Position numbers and translations under genes: made by a program. A stretch of DNA of 63,174 nucleotides, the filler included, from Sphacelaria rigidula (taxonomy: Eukaryota): NCBI GenBank assembly GCA_964200075.2. It is 10 parts of 10 records of this genome, joined end to end, with 100 filler letters (N's around TTAATTAATTAA, not from the genome) between each part and the next. Parts side by side here need not be neighbours in the genome. Positions count along the whole stretch, not along the records: positions 50,621 to 56,847 come from CAXNAA020021376.1; positions 56,948 to 63,174 come from CAXNAA020021377.1; 8 more parts are not named here. One strand, 5' to 3'. Each line of letters opens with the position of its first letter. Position 1 is the stretch's first letter. Under the pieces are notes generated by a model. It ran no database searches. It saw only the letters and a program-made list of their open reading frames with translations, and was not told the DNA's origin. Of this stretch, positions 50,700-63,174 are shown piece after piece.

Positions 50700-52349
50700 T
50701 ACACCAGGGGGAAACAAGCTGGTTAATGCGGTGCCTCAGCAGTGGATATCAACGTACGGCGTGCTCCAAACAGTGCTCTCCAACTGGTCGGCGCTCCAGC
50801 TCCACTACGAGGAGAATGAATCAGTGTCATTTCCCCTGTCCGCCTCAAAGGCGGGCATCAAGGAACTTGGTGAAGCCCATTGCGATCTTGATAAAGGAAA
50901 CTCAGAACACTGGCGTGCCGACAGGGGTACAGACGCTCCTCGAACTCGTGGCGATCAGGGTGTGTCTATTGAAGGAAGGCAGCTCCCTCCGCATTCAGTC
51001 TCCCAAGCGACACGTGACTGCCGCCGTCCAGGTTCGCACCGCGCCGGCGCAACCCGTCACGCGGGAGGAGACGGCTCTTCAGAATGTCACCATCAAGACC
51101 AAGAGGTAGCTGGCTGCGGCGGTCGACAAGCGCTTCTTCAAGCGTTATGACTTGGATGCCCCTGGCGCCGAACCCGGCTTCCTCTTCGAGATGGCAGCCA
51201 GTATGAAGCCATTCCTCGCCGAGCTGCCCTCCCTTCGTGCCGTCTGCAAGAGCCACGCGATGGCTGTCGGCGTGGGGGCGGTTGTCGAAAAAAAATCATC
51301 GACCTGATTACGAGGATGGCAGAAGAGTGTGAAGCAAGCTCTGATCCCAGTACGGTCGTGAGCCCCAGGGCCAGTGGTGCCAACGCGAACGACGCTCGGC
51401 TCAAGAAGAAGAAGCGTCCCAGCGGGAGCCAGGGCCGCCTAATCTCCACCACCTCGAAGGCAGCATCAGAGGGGGCCGCGCGCTTATTTGAAATTGGCAT
51501 GTTCGGCGACATCCTCATGGACAGAGCAGTGGAAACGGCACCTAAGACACAACGACAGCTGTGCGTGGAGGAATTTGACCGCTTCGTGCTTGCTGGACGG
51601 GAGGAGACTCTGAAGACGAAGCCCATCGACGACATGCTCCGCTACTGGTCCTCGGAGTGCTCACGTGTCTACCCGATTATGGCGCGCGCAGCCCGAGTGC
51701 TACTGTCAATCCCGACATCTTCGGCCGTCTTGGTTGTCAAACTATCAAACTATCAAACTATCTATCGGCCCCGTGGCCGTCTCCTTGTTCGTATCCCCTC
51801 TGCTCGGTGCTGAAGTCGTCCACATCGCTTCCACCATCCTCCTCTTCGGGCCCCTCGGAGAGTTTGCTGGCGCTCTCCGAAGGGTTGCTCAGCCGCTCAG
51901 GCACGACGGCCAACGCTTGAGCGTCCGACAGCATCGGTACCTCATTCCGTCTTGGCGCGCGACTTCAGCACCGCAGGTCGCCTGATCATCGGGTGCCGAA
52001 ACCGCCTGGATGCCGCCCGGAACGAAATGTTGCTCTTCCTGAACGGCAGCTACAGCGACGCCGTTCAGGAAGAGCAACATTTCGTTCCGGGCGGCATCCA
52101 GGCGGTTGCGGCACCCGATGATCAGGCGACCTGCGGTGCTGAAGTCGCGCGCCAAGACGGAATGAGGTACCGATGCTGTCGGACGCTCAAGCGTTGGCCG
52201 CCGTGCCTGAGCGGCTGAGCAACCCTTCGGAGAGCGCCAGCAAACTCTCCGAGGGGCCCGAAGAGGAGGATGGTGGAAGCGATGTAGACGACTTCAGCAC
52301 CGAGCAGAGGGGATACGAACAAGGAGACGGCCACGGGGCCGATGGATAG
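50700..52349 (+). pseudogene. hAT-superfamily transposase remnant (C-terminal half), frameshifted and rearranged
   Basis: QQWISTYGVL resembles the hAT TRWNS motif. Dimerisation-domain signature MLRYWS..YPIMARAARVLLSIPTSSAVL | ARDFSTAGRLI..RNRLD..EMLLFLN. Acidic tail ending in TAG at 52347-52349. Confidence 0.85.
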
Positions 52350-52372
52350 TTTGATAGTTTGATAATTTGACA
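51735..52372. repeat. Near-perfect inverted repeat: 313-bp arms (51735-52047, 52060-52372) with a 12-nt loop
   Basis: The arms are reverse complements with only a few mismatches. Mirror-image ORFs 51952-52218(+) and 51889-52155(-) encode almost the same peptide. Confidence 0.95.
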
Positions 52373-55088
52373 TCCACCGGGATAAGCGGGATGCCCATTT
52401 GTTTATTTGCTAGGGAAAATGAATCGTGTTCACAGGCGAGATTGAACGCAGTTGGAGTGGTCTCAATACCTCTAGTTCTTGGGTTGCTGCTGTTGAAGTA
52501 TATTTCCGGCGACGGCGGGGGAGTGTTCGGTGAGGAGGGGTTTGCAGCTGCCACGCCATGATGGTTGATCATATTCGTGCGTATCTTGAGGCAAGAGGCA
52601 GCGGGGGGCGCCTTTTCCCAAATCCCGCACCCATATCTGAAAGTTCCTGCACTATTAACAGTATGATATCTCATCACCATGAAGAGCTCATTTTTGTTGA
52701 GGCGAAGGTGTGGAGGTGTTGATGAATGGACAGGGGTGAGATGGAAGCTGATCAAGTGATTACTTGCGTGAACTCTGAATCACGATGGGCGATTTATCGA
52801 CGGTTCAACTCCTCGATTTTTCGGATATTCCTTTGATTTTCACCGGCAAGTGTAAATACACGTCAGTGTACTGCTTTTTCGTTCACTGTGAATGGTGGGA
52901 GGGCGTTTTCACTCGAGTAGATATCACGTCACGTCGCGTAGCAACGATAATCGTGTTCGCCTTGATGCAGAAGCAACCAATGTACCGGGAGTATGTCTCA
53001 CGGTGGTCGAAATTACAAACCACAGCTCAAGGTTTTGAGAGAAATATTATAACTTTTAGGGTACCCTGGGGTACCTCGGCGTGGGCGATACCATGAAACA
53101 TTTGCGGGGGAAGGGACGGGGGGGGTACGCGAATAAGTATCGTCCTCCTGGTCGTGCGGTTTGAGGTGTGTTTTTGGACCATGCGTCATGCGCGTGGTGA
53201 CTTGTCGGCTCTTCACATGGAACGAATCGCCCGGTCCAGCAGGGGCCGCGACTTGTTCTCGCTCCCCATCCATGATTCATGACTCATGGGTCGTAAGCGC
53301 ATGATTCCCACCTTGCGTCCGTCGTCTGTCTGTCTCCATCGTCTGTCTGTCTGCATGTTTCCCATCGTGAGTATAGACCATTACTATTTCTATTTCCCCT
53401 CTAGTATATGCCGGATGTCTCATGGGTACACAATAATTACCCTTTGATTCGTGGGAGATGATACATTCGATGGAAATTTTCCCTCTCTGGCTCGTGTGGG
53501 ATGAATCAAGGATACATGTTACTCACCCTTCGATAAACGCCACTGAAGAATAGATACATGTAACTCACCCTCGCAAATGACTCATGGATACATGAGGCTC
53601 ACCCTTGCGTCATGCGGGATGAACGAGGAGTATGTGTTTTCAGTCAGTGATGCATACATGAACCATGATCCGTACATTCTTTCCAATTCTCGGTCGTATC
53701 ACACAACCCAGCCGAGGCAAGATTTCCAGTTCGTGATTCGTGCATGACCTTGAATAAACAACTTCACCCCCCATGACTCGTACGGGACGACCCAAACGTA
53801 CACGATTTGCCCTCGAACGTTCATGGAGAGTCAACTCGTATGAACTCTGGTTCGTCCTGACCGTGAAATCAAAGCGTGAGCCCAGCCACCACCGAAACTT
53901 GTCATATACTAATGCCGCCCACGGCATGCATATCAAAATACAAACAACTTTCGACACCTCCCCATGTTTTCAAGATCAAGACCGCACATACTACGGTGCC
54001 TGGTACCCTGGCATGAGATGCAATTTCCAGGTAACTGACCCACCCAAGGTCTTCTGGTCTACCCGATCTCGCTGGGAATCTAGCTCACCCAGTACGAATG
54101 TGCTGATGCTCCCACGCATGCAAGCCGTCGTTTCTGTGATGTATACAAATTTTGAAACGTCCAAGCTGTTTTTCCACCGCGGGTGCCAAATTGTAATGTG
54201 TGAATCTTCAGCTTCTTACGGGAGTCAGGAGGATCTCGGGGTCATGTAAGGCGCGAGTGGATATGATGGGGAAAAAAAGGGCTGGCGGGGTAACGGTTGG
54301 GATCGGCTTTCAAGGTTTCACGCCAACGGCTTTTTTTTTTTATCAAACGAGCACCTTTTCTGAGCAACATACCAAGAAAATCGCCGTCAAAGCAAATTCG
54401 ATGTTGTTGACTCACGGTGTGCGTTAGCAGTAGATGTGATCAAATGTCTCAAGTCATGAGCCGTTTCGTTGAAATATCCTCTGAAAGTAAGTTTTCGCTC
54501 GACAGTCCTGTGGATTAAGTGGCGAAATACAGATGACAGTTCACGACAACTCTGACCGGCTTTCACGCGGTTGATAGAGAAAGACTACACGAACAATCGC
54601 AGTAGTACATGGATCGTCAACATCTATCGGTTTCACGTACACTCCCAGAGAGTACATGAAGGAGCATTCACGGCTGCCCGTTCTCTGGAAACCCTTCGGC
54701 ACGCGACAAAATGGGCGACAAAATGGGCCGACGGATTTTACGACTTTCGGTGGTAGCTCATATACTCTGTGCTGTGCATGTCGATAACGGCCCGGGGTTT
54801 GATGACCACGACACAAACCACCATCAACATCGACGACGTGCGTCTTGCTACTTGATCCTCTGGTGGCGCAGATGAACCACCCCCGCTCGAGCTACCACTC
54901 GCGAGTCTGGGGGTGATCCACCTTGACGGTCTGCAGGGCTGAACATGTTTCATGTTTCCACTCAGCGGTACCTCGTATCCCGTCAGATCTCAAACTAAAT
55001 AACTTGTCAACATTGAATTATTGTTGGTATGCAGTTTTGAATGAAGGAGTTGGGAGGGTTGATCGATGGGAGGTACATGTTCAGGTCA

Positions 55089-55655
55089 TGAGGTTGTGTT
55101 TGGATTGAACCTATATCTGTACCTGCCCAAGGTATATACCTGTGCCCATTCCTGCAATCAGATAAATCTGTAATAGTATACCCGAACCCTGGGTAGGGGT
55201 ATGGAAGGCTTACAGAGCTCACAGAACTGTCGGGTATCGGTACTGGATGAAAGTCTTACTGAAATTACAAAACTTCTCCGGTACGGTACGGGAGGCTTAC
55301 AGAAAACCGGTACCGGCAATCGGGTATTTCAAGAGCATGACCGCGCTCCGGGTACGGGCAACATCATGTACAGAACTCACAGAACTGTTGGGCAAGGTTA
55401 TGGGAGGCTTACAGAACTCACAGAAACTGTCGCTAGGGTATGGAGGTTGCACAGAAAACCGTACCCGCAATCAGGTATCTTATCAAGAGCGTACCCACGC
55501 CCCCCGGCAACGGTACGGGAGTCTTACAGATATTACAGAACTATCGGGTAAGGGTATGAAAGTCTTACAGAAGTCACAGAACTATCGGGTACGGTAAATA
55601 CCCGGCAAAATACCCCGGGTATACAGGAAACCGTACCCTACAGAACACAACCTTG
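55089..55655. mobile_element. Non-autonomous DNA element with many TACAGAACTCACAGAA / GGGTA subterminal repeats
   Basis: Degenerate inverted ends TGAGGTTGTGTT / AACACAACCTTG and repeated internal motifs. No clear TSD. Confidence 0.6.
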
Positions 55656-55849
55656 AAATGTACCATGACAGTACATTTTGTATGAGCGTGGTCATCATTT
55701 CGAGGTGACGCGTGTATTTTTGATTGATATGATTCGCCTGATTACGATCCAGTTCTTACTAGAAATGTGCTCCGCTCTGTCCACTCTGGATTTCCGCTCC
55801 GTTTGAAGAAAAAAACGCTGATTTTTCTTCTTCAAATTTTGGACATTGC

Positions 55850-56078
55850 GATGGGATCTGCTCTGGCCATCAACGAGAACCCGCTCAAGTGGTGGGCGCT
55901 GAGTGCGCACAATTACCCACTTATCGCGCATGTCGCTCGGAACACCTTGGCTGTTCCAGAGTCGTCAGGTCTCTCATAGCGAGTGTCCTCGCAGAGTGGA
56001 CATATTTTGACGCAACGAAGACACAGACTCAAGCCGGAACGGCTTGACACGCCGATGCTTCCAAAGGGTTCTTGGTAG
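55850..56078 (+). pseudogene. Second hAT transposase remnant (dimerisation domain)
   Basis: NPLKWWALSAHNYPLIAHVARNTLAVPESSGLS*RVSSQSGHILTQRRHRLKPERLD, with a TAG at the position of the conserved Glu of the SER motif. Confidence 0.85.
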
Positions 56079-56479
56079 GCGGCCGATAAGTTTACTCGAT
56101 CAGCTCTCAATTGAAAAGAATCCGACAGAGTCGTTGCCACCAGTAATTGGTCGTGAGATCTTAAATTGTGTCGTCGCGGAAAGAGATGGAGCAGCCGATG
56201 CAGCTGGTCACGAAGCACATCACACACGTGCTGTAGTTCGTAGTCGTCTTTCGAAAGTTGGATGTCGTGGTCGGACTTGGTTTTTCCGGTTTGCCATGGA
56301 AAAGGCGTTCATTCTTGCACATCGCTGGCACAATGCGCGGATAACGACGACAAAAATTTCCCCTTTAATATTCATTTGATTTGTGCAACTGACTCGTGAT
56401 ACGCGATCCAAGCCTCCACTGCCCCTTTCAGATATGTGCAACATGCATATGGGGAGAGTTATGAAGTATCCAGTACCCA

Positions 56480-56653
56480 TCGCCCGTTTTCCTCGAAATC
56501 CGTCTTCAAATCGGACATCCGGATATCCGCCACTTTTTCCGTTCCGCGGATTGATCCGGATAAGGTTAATCGATCCGGGTAAGGTTGCCGGATATCCGAA
56601 ATTCGCTCCGTTGAAAAAAAAAAAACGGAGCACATCTCAAGTTCTTACGCCTG
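56480..56653. mobile_element. Probable 3' end of the second hAT element (ATCCG/CGGAT subterminal repeats, terminus ...TTACGCCTG)
   Basis: Cluster of ATCCG motifs in both orientations downstream of the transposase remnant. The terminus reads CAGG on the minus strand, as is common for hAT TIRs. Confidence 0.5.
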
Positions 56654-57579
56654 CAGCAGTCGGGGCGGATTTCCACAAAAAATAGCAACGAAAATCGGTC
56701 CCTGTCCTGACCCGTAACAGGACATGCTTGTGGTCAACACACGCATTTGAAAGGCGTGACGTATTTGATCGGGGAGGGGGGGGGGGGGGGGGGGAAATTG
56801 TTTGTTTTTTGGCGTGGGGGTGTGGATCCTGACCACGCCTCCCTTTTNNNNNNNNNNNNNNNNNNNNNNNNNNNNNNNNNNNNNNNNNNNNTTAATTAAT
56901 TAANNNNNNNNNNNNNNNNNNNNNNNNNNNNNNNNNNNNNNNNNNNNGAAGCGCCTCATATTGGCGACATTGGCGAGAACGAACCCAAGCGTGGGAGTTC
57001 CCAGCTGCTCGTTGTGCTCGGCTTTTTTCATTTCGATTTACGTGAAGATTTTGCCTCCCCAAACCATACACTTTTTTTGGGGGGGGGGGGCTATCATAGA
57101 AAGTGTCATCACCAGCCGTGTGCAGATGTACCAGTGCGTACCCATGGTGCATCTGACTGATACATCCCGGGCGAAACCATGGGCTCTGGACTATGCATGA
57201 TATCTATCGTTGTTCCGGAGATCGTCGTCCGTCCTTGATGCACCCACGCCAATTTTCGATAGTAGCTTATCCGCATTTTGCCGAAATATGTGCCATGCGT
57301 TGACGCTGTGCAGTCTAGGCGAGTGATATTTGTGAGGTGCTTGTGTTGACAAGGCGGCTTAATCGTCTTGTCCCTGGGATGACGCTGTCCACACGATGAC
57401 CCCGTCAGACCATCATCCTAGATATTGATTGAACTGTATCACAAAAGGAAATGCGATCATATGGTGTTGGGGCGCACTTGAGTTGATGTTGGGGAAATTG
57501 AGTTGCGGTATCGCAGTCGATCAGACGGTGGGGTGTTCTGCCCTGTTTGACGGGCTGTGTTCATGTGTGTTGTCTGCAG

Positions 57580-57708
57580 GTAATCCCTTCCAAGCAACGA
57601 CCTCGCAAGATCACCATGCAGGGGGAGGATGGTCGGGACTACGTCTTTTTACTCAAGGGCCACGAGGACCTTCGACAGGATGAAAGGGTCATGCAGCTCT
57701 TCGGGCAG
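57580..57708 (+). CDS. TOR: TOR kinase, exon ([43 protein letters not shown])
   Basis: TOR motifs SKQRPRK and [21 protein letters not shown] acceptor, GT donor, 129 nt, phase 0. Confidence 0.96.
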
Positions 57709-58305
57709 GTTAATAATCGAGTGGTGTAAATCACAATCACCGGAAGGGTTATTGTTATACTATAGCAGCCGACTCTTGAAGGGTAGGAGAAAACAGGTCG
57801 CTCGAGAAGAATGAAACACCGTAGAATCGTGTTATACCATGCGAGGATATTGTTCGTGATCGTTGCAGAACAGGGTGCTTTTGGAAGGTTCCCAAGAGCT
57901 GGCTAAAATAACAAGGTGGAATATGTTAGTGTCTTCTCGCTCTCGGAATCGCACACACGCACTCGCACACACCACAACTTGGGTGATTTTTCCATCGCTA
58001 TTCCCTATATTCGGGTGCCATGTGCTTGACAATTCATTGACCACGTGCTGTAGCGGTATTGAGGGCAGGCTATTAGTTCTACTGTGCAAGATCGCTGCAA
58101 TGTGATATGTCCATGTGCGGTTGTTGATCGTCTCAACGGTCTCTTGCAAAAAGTTGGTGCGTTTAGTAACGATTCAAAAGCCCCGTGTGATTCACAGCCG
58201 TATCACTGCATTCAGACCTCGGTTGTGATGTACGTGTGTTTAACTTTAACATATGCCGTGTGCCTCCTCCTGACTATGGTATGCTGTATTTGTCATGCAC
58301 TCTAG

Positions 58306-58467
58306 GTCAACGCGCTTCTGGCAAAAGACCGCCGCAACTACAGTCACGACCTGTCCATCCAGCGATACGCGGTAGCTCCTTTGAGCCATAACGCCGGTGT
58401 GGTGGGCTGGGTACCCAACACGGACACGTTGCATCAGCTCATTCGAGACTACAGGGAGTCGCGCCAG
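58306..58467 (+). CDS. TOR: TOR kinase, exon (VNALLAKDRRNYSHDLSIQRYAVAPLSHNAGVVGWVPNTDTLHQLIRDYRESRQ)
   Basis: Continues the kinase domain (IQRYAV.PLS, GWVP..DTLH.LIRDYR). TAG/GT splice sites, 162 nt. Missed by the ORF track. Confidence 0.96.
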
Positions 58468-59339
58468 GTGCACGCGTCCTCCACGTTTTCCCACTCTAAC
58501 CTTGTACAAGATACGGCCGTCACTGCATACATGAGTTTTCCCCAGAGTGTTCACTATATGACTTTGTCCACCGCACTTTCGTGTCCGGTGACCTGCAATT
58601 TACCACCCGAATGACTGCGTTGCACGTGGAACACCGGCCAATGCGCCATCCACTGGACACCAAATAGTCATGACTGGGTGTACGTCTGGGCACTGGTACT
58701 TTGTTGTGGCGTTTTCGGCGCAATGTGGAGCGTGGGTGCATTTTTTATTCAAGTCAGGACGTCTGGATGGTTTTCCGTGCATGCAACTGAGTTGGAACAA
58801 GTTTTGAGAACGCATTTTCATGTGTCCCTGAGTACACTTGGGCGATAATTTCCTTCCCAGCACCCGCCCTTTTTCGTGTATGTAGGCTTATTTTTTATTC
58901 AAGTCACAACGTTTGAGTGTTGTTTGTCCATGCGTTTATGTTGCAGTAAGTCCTAAGGATGGATTTCGGTGTAAGCTTGTGTGCCCTTGGACGATTTTTT
59001 CCGTTCACGGCATTCGCCCTTTTTGGTGTATGACTGTTGCATTGTCGTGTATTCAATCCGACACATCCCGCCGATGGTCCTGGCCCCAGATGATTCTGTC
59101 CGTGGTTGATACATACCCTGTTGAAGTGTTAGAATGTTCGAGAAATGTATCTGAGCGTAGCGTTGGAGTGGAGTGGAGTGGAGTGGAGTGGTGTGGTGTG
59201 GTGTGGATTGGATGACACTACTGTCCTAACATAGAGCACAGGCTGATGGCTCCGGTAACACGTGGCAGTGATGTTAGGGGCATTCAACCAGGACGCTCAC
59301 GTGTCGACCATATGTCTGTGTCTCGTATAATTTCGGCAG

Positions 59340-59474
59340 ATTTTGCTCAACATCGAGCACAGGCTCATGACTCAATCTGCAGCACCGTGCGAGTACGACT
59401 CGTTGAATGTCATGCAGAAGGTGGAGGTTTTCGAGGCAGCTCTGAAGCACACGGCCGGACAAGATCTGTACAAG
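59340..59474 (+). CDS. TOR: TOR kinase, exon ([45 protein letters not shown])
   Basis: [21 protein letters not shown] (LST8-binding element region). CAG/GTATGT splice sites, 135 nt. Confidence 0.96.
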
Positions 59475-59497
59475 GTATGTGTCGTAGGCCAGTGCTT

Positions 59498-59632
59498 CAC
59501 ACCCTAGACAAGACATCGCGTTGGCAAAAAGTGTACTGTGTACAGTATTGGCTATTGTTCATTGGTCTAGACAAGAGATTTCATACTGTACCTAGTCCAT
59601 TTTTGAAAATGTAATATATTGTCCAGAGTGCA
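59498..59632. mobile_element. hAT-type MITE (CACACCCT.GACAA TIR) in a TOR intron
   Basis: Ends CACACCCTAGACAA...TTGTCCAGAGTGCA. TSD CAGTGCTT / CGGTGCTT matches 7 of 8. Interior similar to 4194-4331. Confidence 0.8.
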
Positions 59633-62625
59633 CGGTGCTTCCGCATGTACTTTACTGTTGAAGGTGCTAATTTACTGTTAGAGGTGCTAATAGGGCCCCA
59701 AGAAGTGTCCAGGCTGTTCGACGATACCATTCCGACTAGAGACAACTCATCTACTTTCTTTTTCTTTTTCCCTGGGATACTCCAGCTGGGTACCCTTGAG
59801 TCCTCTAATCCACCCTTTTCATGGATAAGTCACGCTTTCAGGCGACGCCCTCCCTGTTTTGACGTCATGTACTCCAGCACATCGTCCACGCCGACCCTGC
59901 AGCAGTGGTCCCAATCTGATTCTTCGAAAGCGTACCCTCAAAACCTGAAGAAAAAAAAAGAGAAGCATTTTCCGGCCCATTGTGCTCACCGTTGGACGTT
60001 CCCCCAAATGGCCATTGCTGCATGGTGCATACCGGTTTGAAGCACTCAACGCAAAACGCAGCGCTCATATCACACACAGTGCCGACGAGAACCGTGCGGG
60101 GAAAGTCTGCCCCTCGATGGAGTGATGATGTGTCCCGAGAAACGCGCCGTTCCCAAAAAGGGCAAATTGAAAATAAGCACAGACAGGAGGTGCTGAGGGG
60201 GAAACCTCGGAGGAGAGGTCTGAGTCGGAGTAGCTTTGTTTCGGTGCGTATTTATGTTCATGTCTAATGTTCATGTCTAATGTTCATGTCTAATGTATTC
60301 CCGCATAATATGCTGAGAGGGGCGCCGCTGCTCGTGTACCCAGCCGCACAGGGGACCCAAGGTGGAGAGCATGGCGTGTACTGGAACAGTTAACATTACA
60401 GTCACTGAGTTATGCTGTTCTCTTCGCTGTTGTGTTGATTCTACTGATACCGCCATGTGCGCCGTGCCGTCTCTACAGCCTCTGTTCGCGGCGACTTGAG
60501 TTTGTACCTCGGAAATACACGGACAGGTGTCATTCATCCCATGATCGGCCATATGTTGCATTGGCATACTCTTCACTTGAAAATTAATGCAAAAACCAGA
60601 TTACTCACCCTGGCTGTCGAAATTGTTCAACTTTAGAGCCGGTTGCTGGAAGAGGTGACCCTTCCCAGATAGTTTGACTCGAAAAATGAATGTAGGACTC
60701 AGATGGCCCTCCCTGGATATCAAGAGTCATTTTTGGAGCCGACGGGAGGAAGATGTGGCGCTCTCTAAAGGAGTAATCCGATACTTGGTGATAACCCCAG
60801 AGAAGGGAGGGAATGCAGCGGAGGGCACAGAGAAGATAACACGGCACTGTACGGTGCAGTACTGCACTGCACTTCGCTGTGCTGTGCTGTGCTGTGCTGT
60901 GCGTTGTACTTCTTCGTCTATCTATGCAGATAACACTCACCCTCAGGGTTGTTTGTAATGCATGGCCGTAATATTCACTTCAAAGATGAGTGCAAGGCCT
61001 AGATGACCTACCCTGACGGTCCAAGGATTCGACTTCAGAGCTAGCGTCAGGGAGAGGTGACGCTCTCAACGGGTTTGGTGCAATTTGATCCCTCGTGGTA
61101 CCCAGAGACAAGGAGATTGAACGCAGCGGGAGGGAGAGAGGAGAGTATAGCGTTGTACGTATTGTACAACTGTACTGTTATGGGTCGGATTGGGGGCCGT
61201 TTTGGGGTACTATATTTCGGGATTGTCCGCCCCGACCGCTGTATGCGTAAGGACTGGATCATAATCGGGCGAATCATATCAAGAAAGTATACACACGTCA
61301 CCTAGAAAAGGCGATCACGCTCATACAAAGTATGGTATCATTATAGCACATTCTGCAACAAACCTGTGACTGACCCTTGTGTACACCTGTACAAAGGGTC
61401 ACATCAACAGGAGGATGGAAGCTGCTGCTCGTGTTGTTGTGCCCCTCTTGTTATGGTATGTTGTTTTGCCGATCGCGTAACGCGGTCCTCTCGGCAACGG
61501 AACGGAGGATTGGACTGCGGTTTCTTGCGTGCGCTTCCCACACACCCCAGCTAGGTCCACAAGATATATTGTTGCGTTTGCGCGTGATACTAAGCCGCAA
61601 CGAACCCAAATGTACAATAATATGGTGTTTTCGGGTTATGGGGGGCTTCTCCGGTCCGCTGTCGCCACTTGAGCAAAATGTGTAACAAGGTTCCCTAGCT
61701 GTTGTGTGTATGTGGGGGGATGTGGAGTGCCGTGAGCCGGCTTGCTTCCTGTGCCGAGAACCGCGCGATCTCAAGTGCTACAGCTGTCCCATACTAAACC
61801 AAGTAACAAAGTGATGAAGTGTGTGTTCTTTTCGTGAGGGCTTCGGCACAGGTGCGACCACCTACTGATGTGTTCATTGTTCGTCCTCGTTTATTTATAC
61901 TTCTCTTGTCAGGTGGAGTTTTGGTCGTAAAAGCCCCCATTCCGACCCATAACTGTGCGTTCTAGTCCGGCCCTGTCTCGACCTATACAGTCATCCCCAG
62001 GGTGGGTCATCGATGTTGCGTTGGCGTAGTTTCGACATGAAAATTAATGGACAGACGTTCCGGCCAACGTGATGCAGCAGGGGTGTGTGTGCGTCATGGG
62101 CGAATAGGGTCTTCTGCGTTTCAATTTCGACCGACCCAACGGATCTTTGACATGTCAATGACTTGCTCGATTTTTTCATCAGGAAGATCCGGGGCACTTT
62201 TTGAAAAACAAAGTCCTACATGTTTGGGACCCCATTAGCACCTCTGTCTGATTTTGGCTATAGAAGGTAGCTTCCCCCCCCCTCCCCCCCCTCCCCCTCC
62301 ACCCCCGACAAGTACCCTCAGGTTGCCCCTGACGAGCACAAAAGTGCAACGTACTGCGCAAAAACACGCTTCATGGACAGTAAAACAGCACTTAGAGATG
62401 AGGGTCGTCCTTTTTTTTTTCCCTGAAAATGTCGTGCGATACCATCCTTGATCGATACTGTTTTAGTGTGATATTGGGCGCTAGCGTTGCTTGTAGCTAT
62501 ACTTACGTTCCCATCCAGGTGTGGCTCAAGTTCACAATCGGGACTGCTGTTGATGCGAGCCTTACGGTCTTTACTTTATCATGAAGCGTGTTGTCATATT
62601 ACTGTTGTTGCTGCTGTCCGCATAA

Positions 62626-62853
<228 letters not shown>

Positions 62854-63174
62854 TAGCTGGATTTACTGTTGCAAGCATTCGAAGTATCTTGCATCGCGAA
62901 ACACTTGTGGCTGCCTTCGGGTCTTGGGAGGCGAGCGCCTTTGTTTGCAATCTGCTTCATTTCTTCTCTGGAATATGCACTATTGCCGTGAAAACGATGT
63001 GCGTCATTTTTTTTAACCGTGTGCCTCGTGCTTATTGGGTCAGATTGGCCGTGCTAACATCATATTTCGTCACACGCTTTGCATGATGGTGTTGGACACT
63101 TGTTCTCACATCCTCCCCGCCCCTCCCGCCCCTGCACTCACCTGCTCACGCCCCCCGCCCTCCACGAACACCTC

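Noticed and set aside
51889..52218. Two overlapping antisense genes encoding near-identical 88-aa proteins
   Set aside because: This is a by-product of the palindrome.

Overview
Eukaryotic nuclear DNA, most likely a brown alga (Phaeophyceae). This is an inference from the short GT-AG exons in long repeat-filled introns and from the style of the repeats. The window is not a continuous locus. It is ten unlinked contigs of 6228 or 6227 bp, apparently sorted by length and joined by identical 100-nt spacers (N44-TTAATTAATTAA-N44), so adjacency across spacers means nothing. Host genes: the last exon of a triosephosphate isomerase (14752-14888) and four consecutive kinase-domain exons of TOR (57580-62823). 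Most of the rest is mobile DNA: a decayed Ty1/copia element, a decayed Ty3/gypsy chromovirus-like pol, two hAT transposase remnants, a MITE family with 8-bp TSDs, other MITEs, tRNA-headed SINEs and several unclassified non-coding repeats. The most notable structure is a hAT transposase whose 3' end has been rearranged into a near-perfect hairpin with 313-bp arms, a candidate natural source of silencing RNA. No prokaryotic-type system such as CRISPR or an operon is supported.
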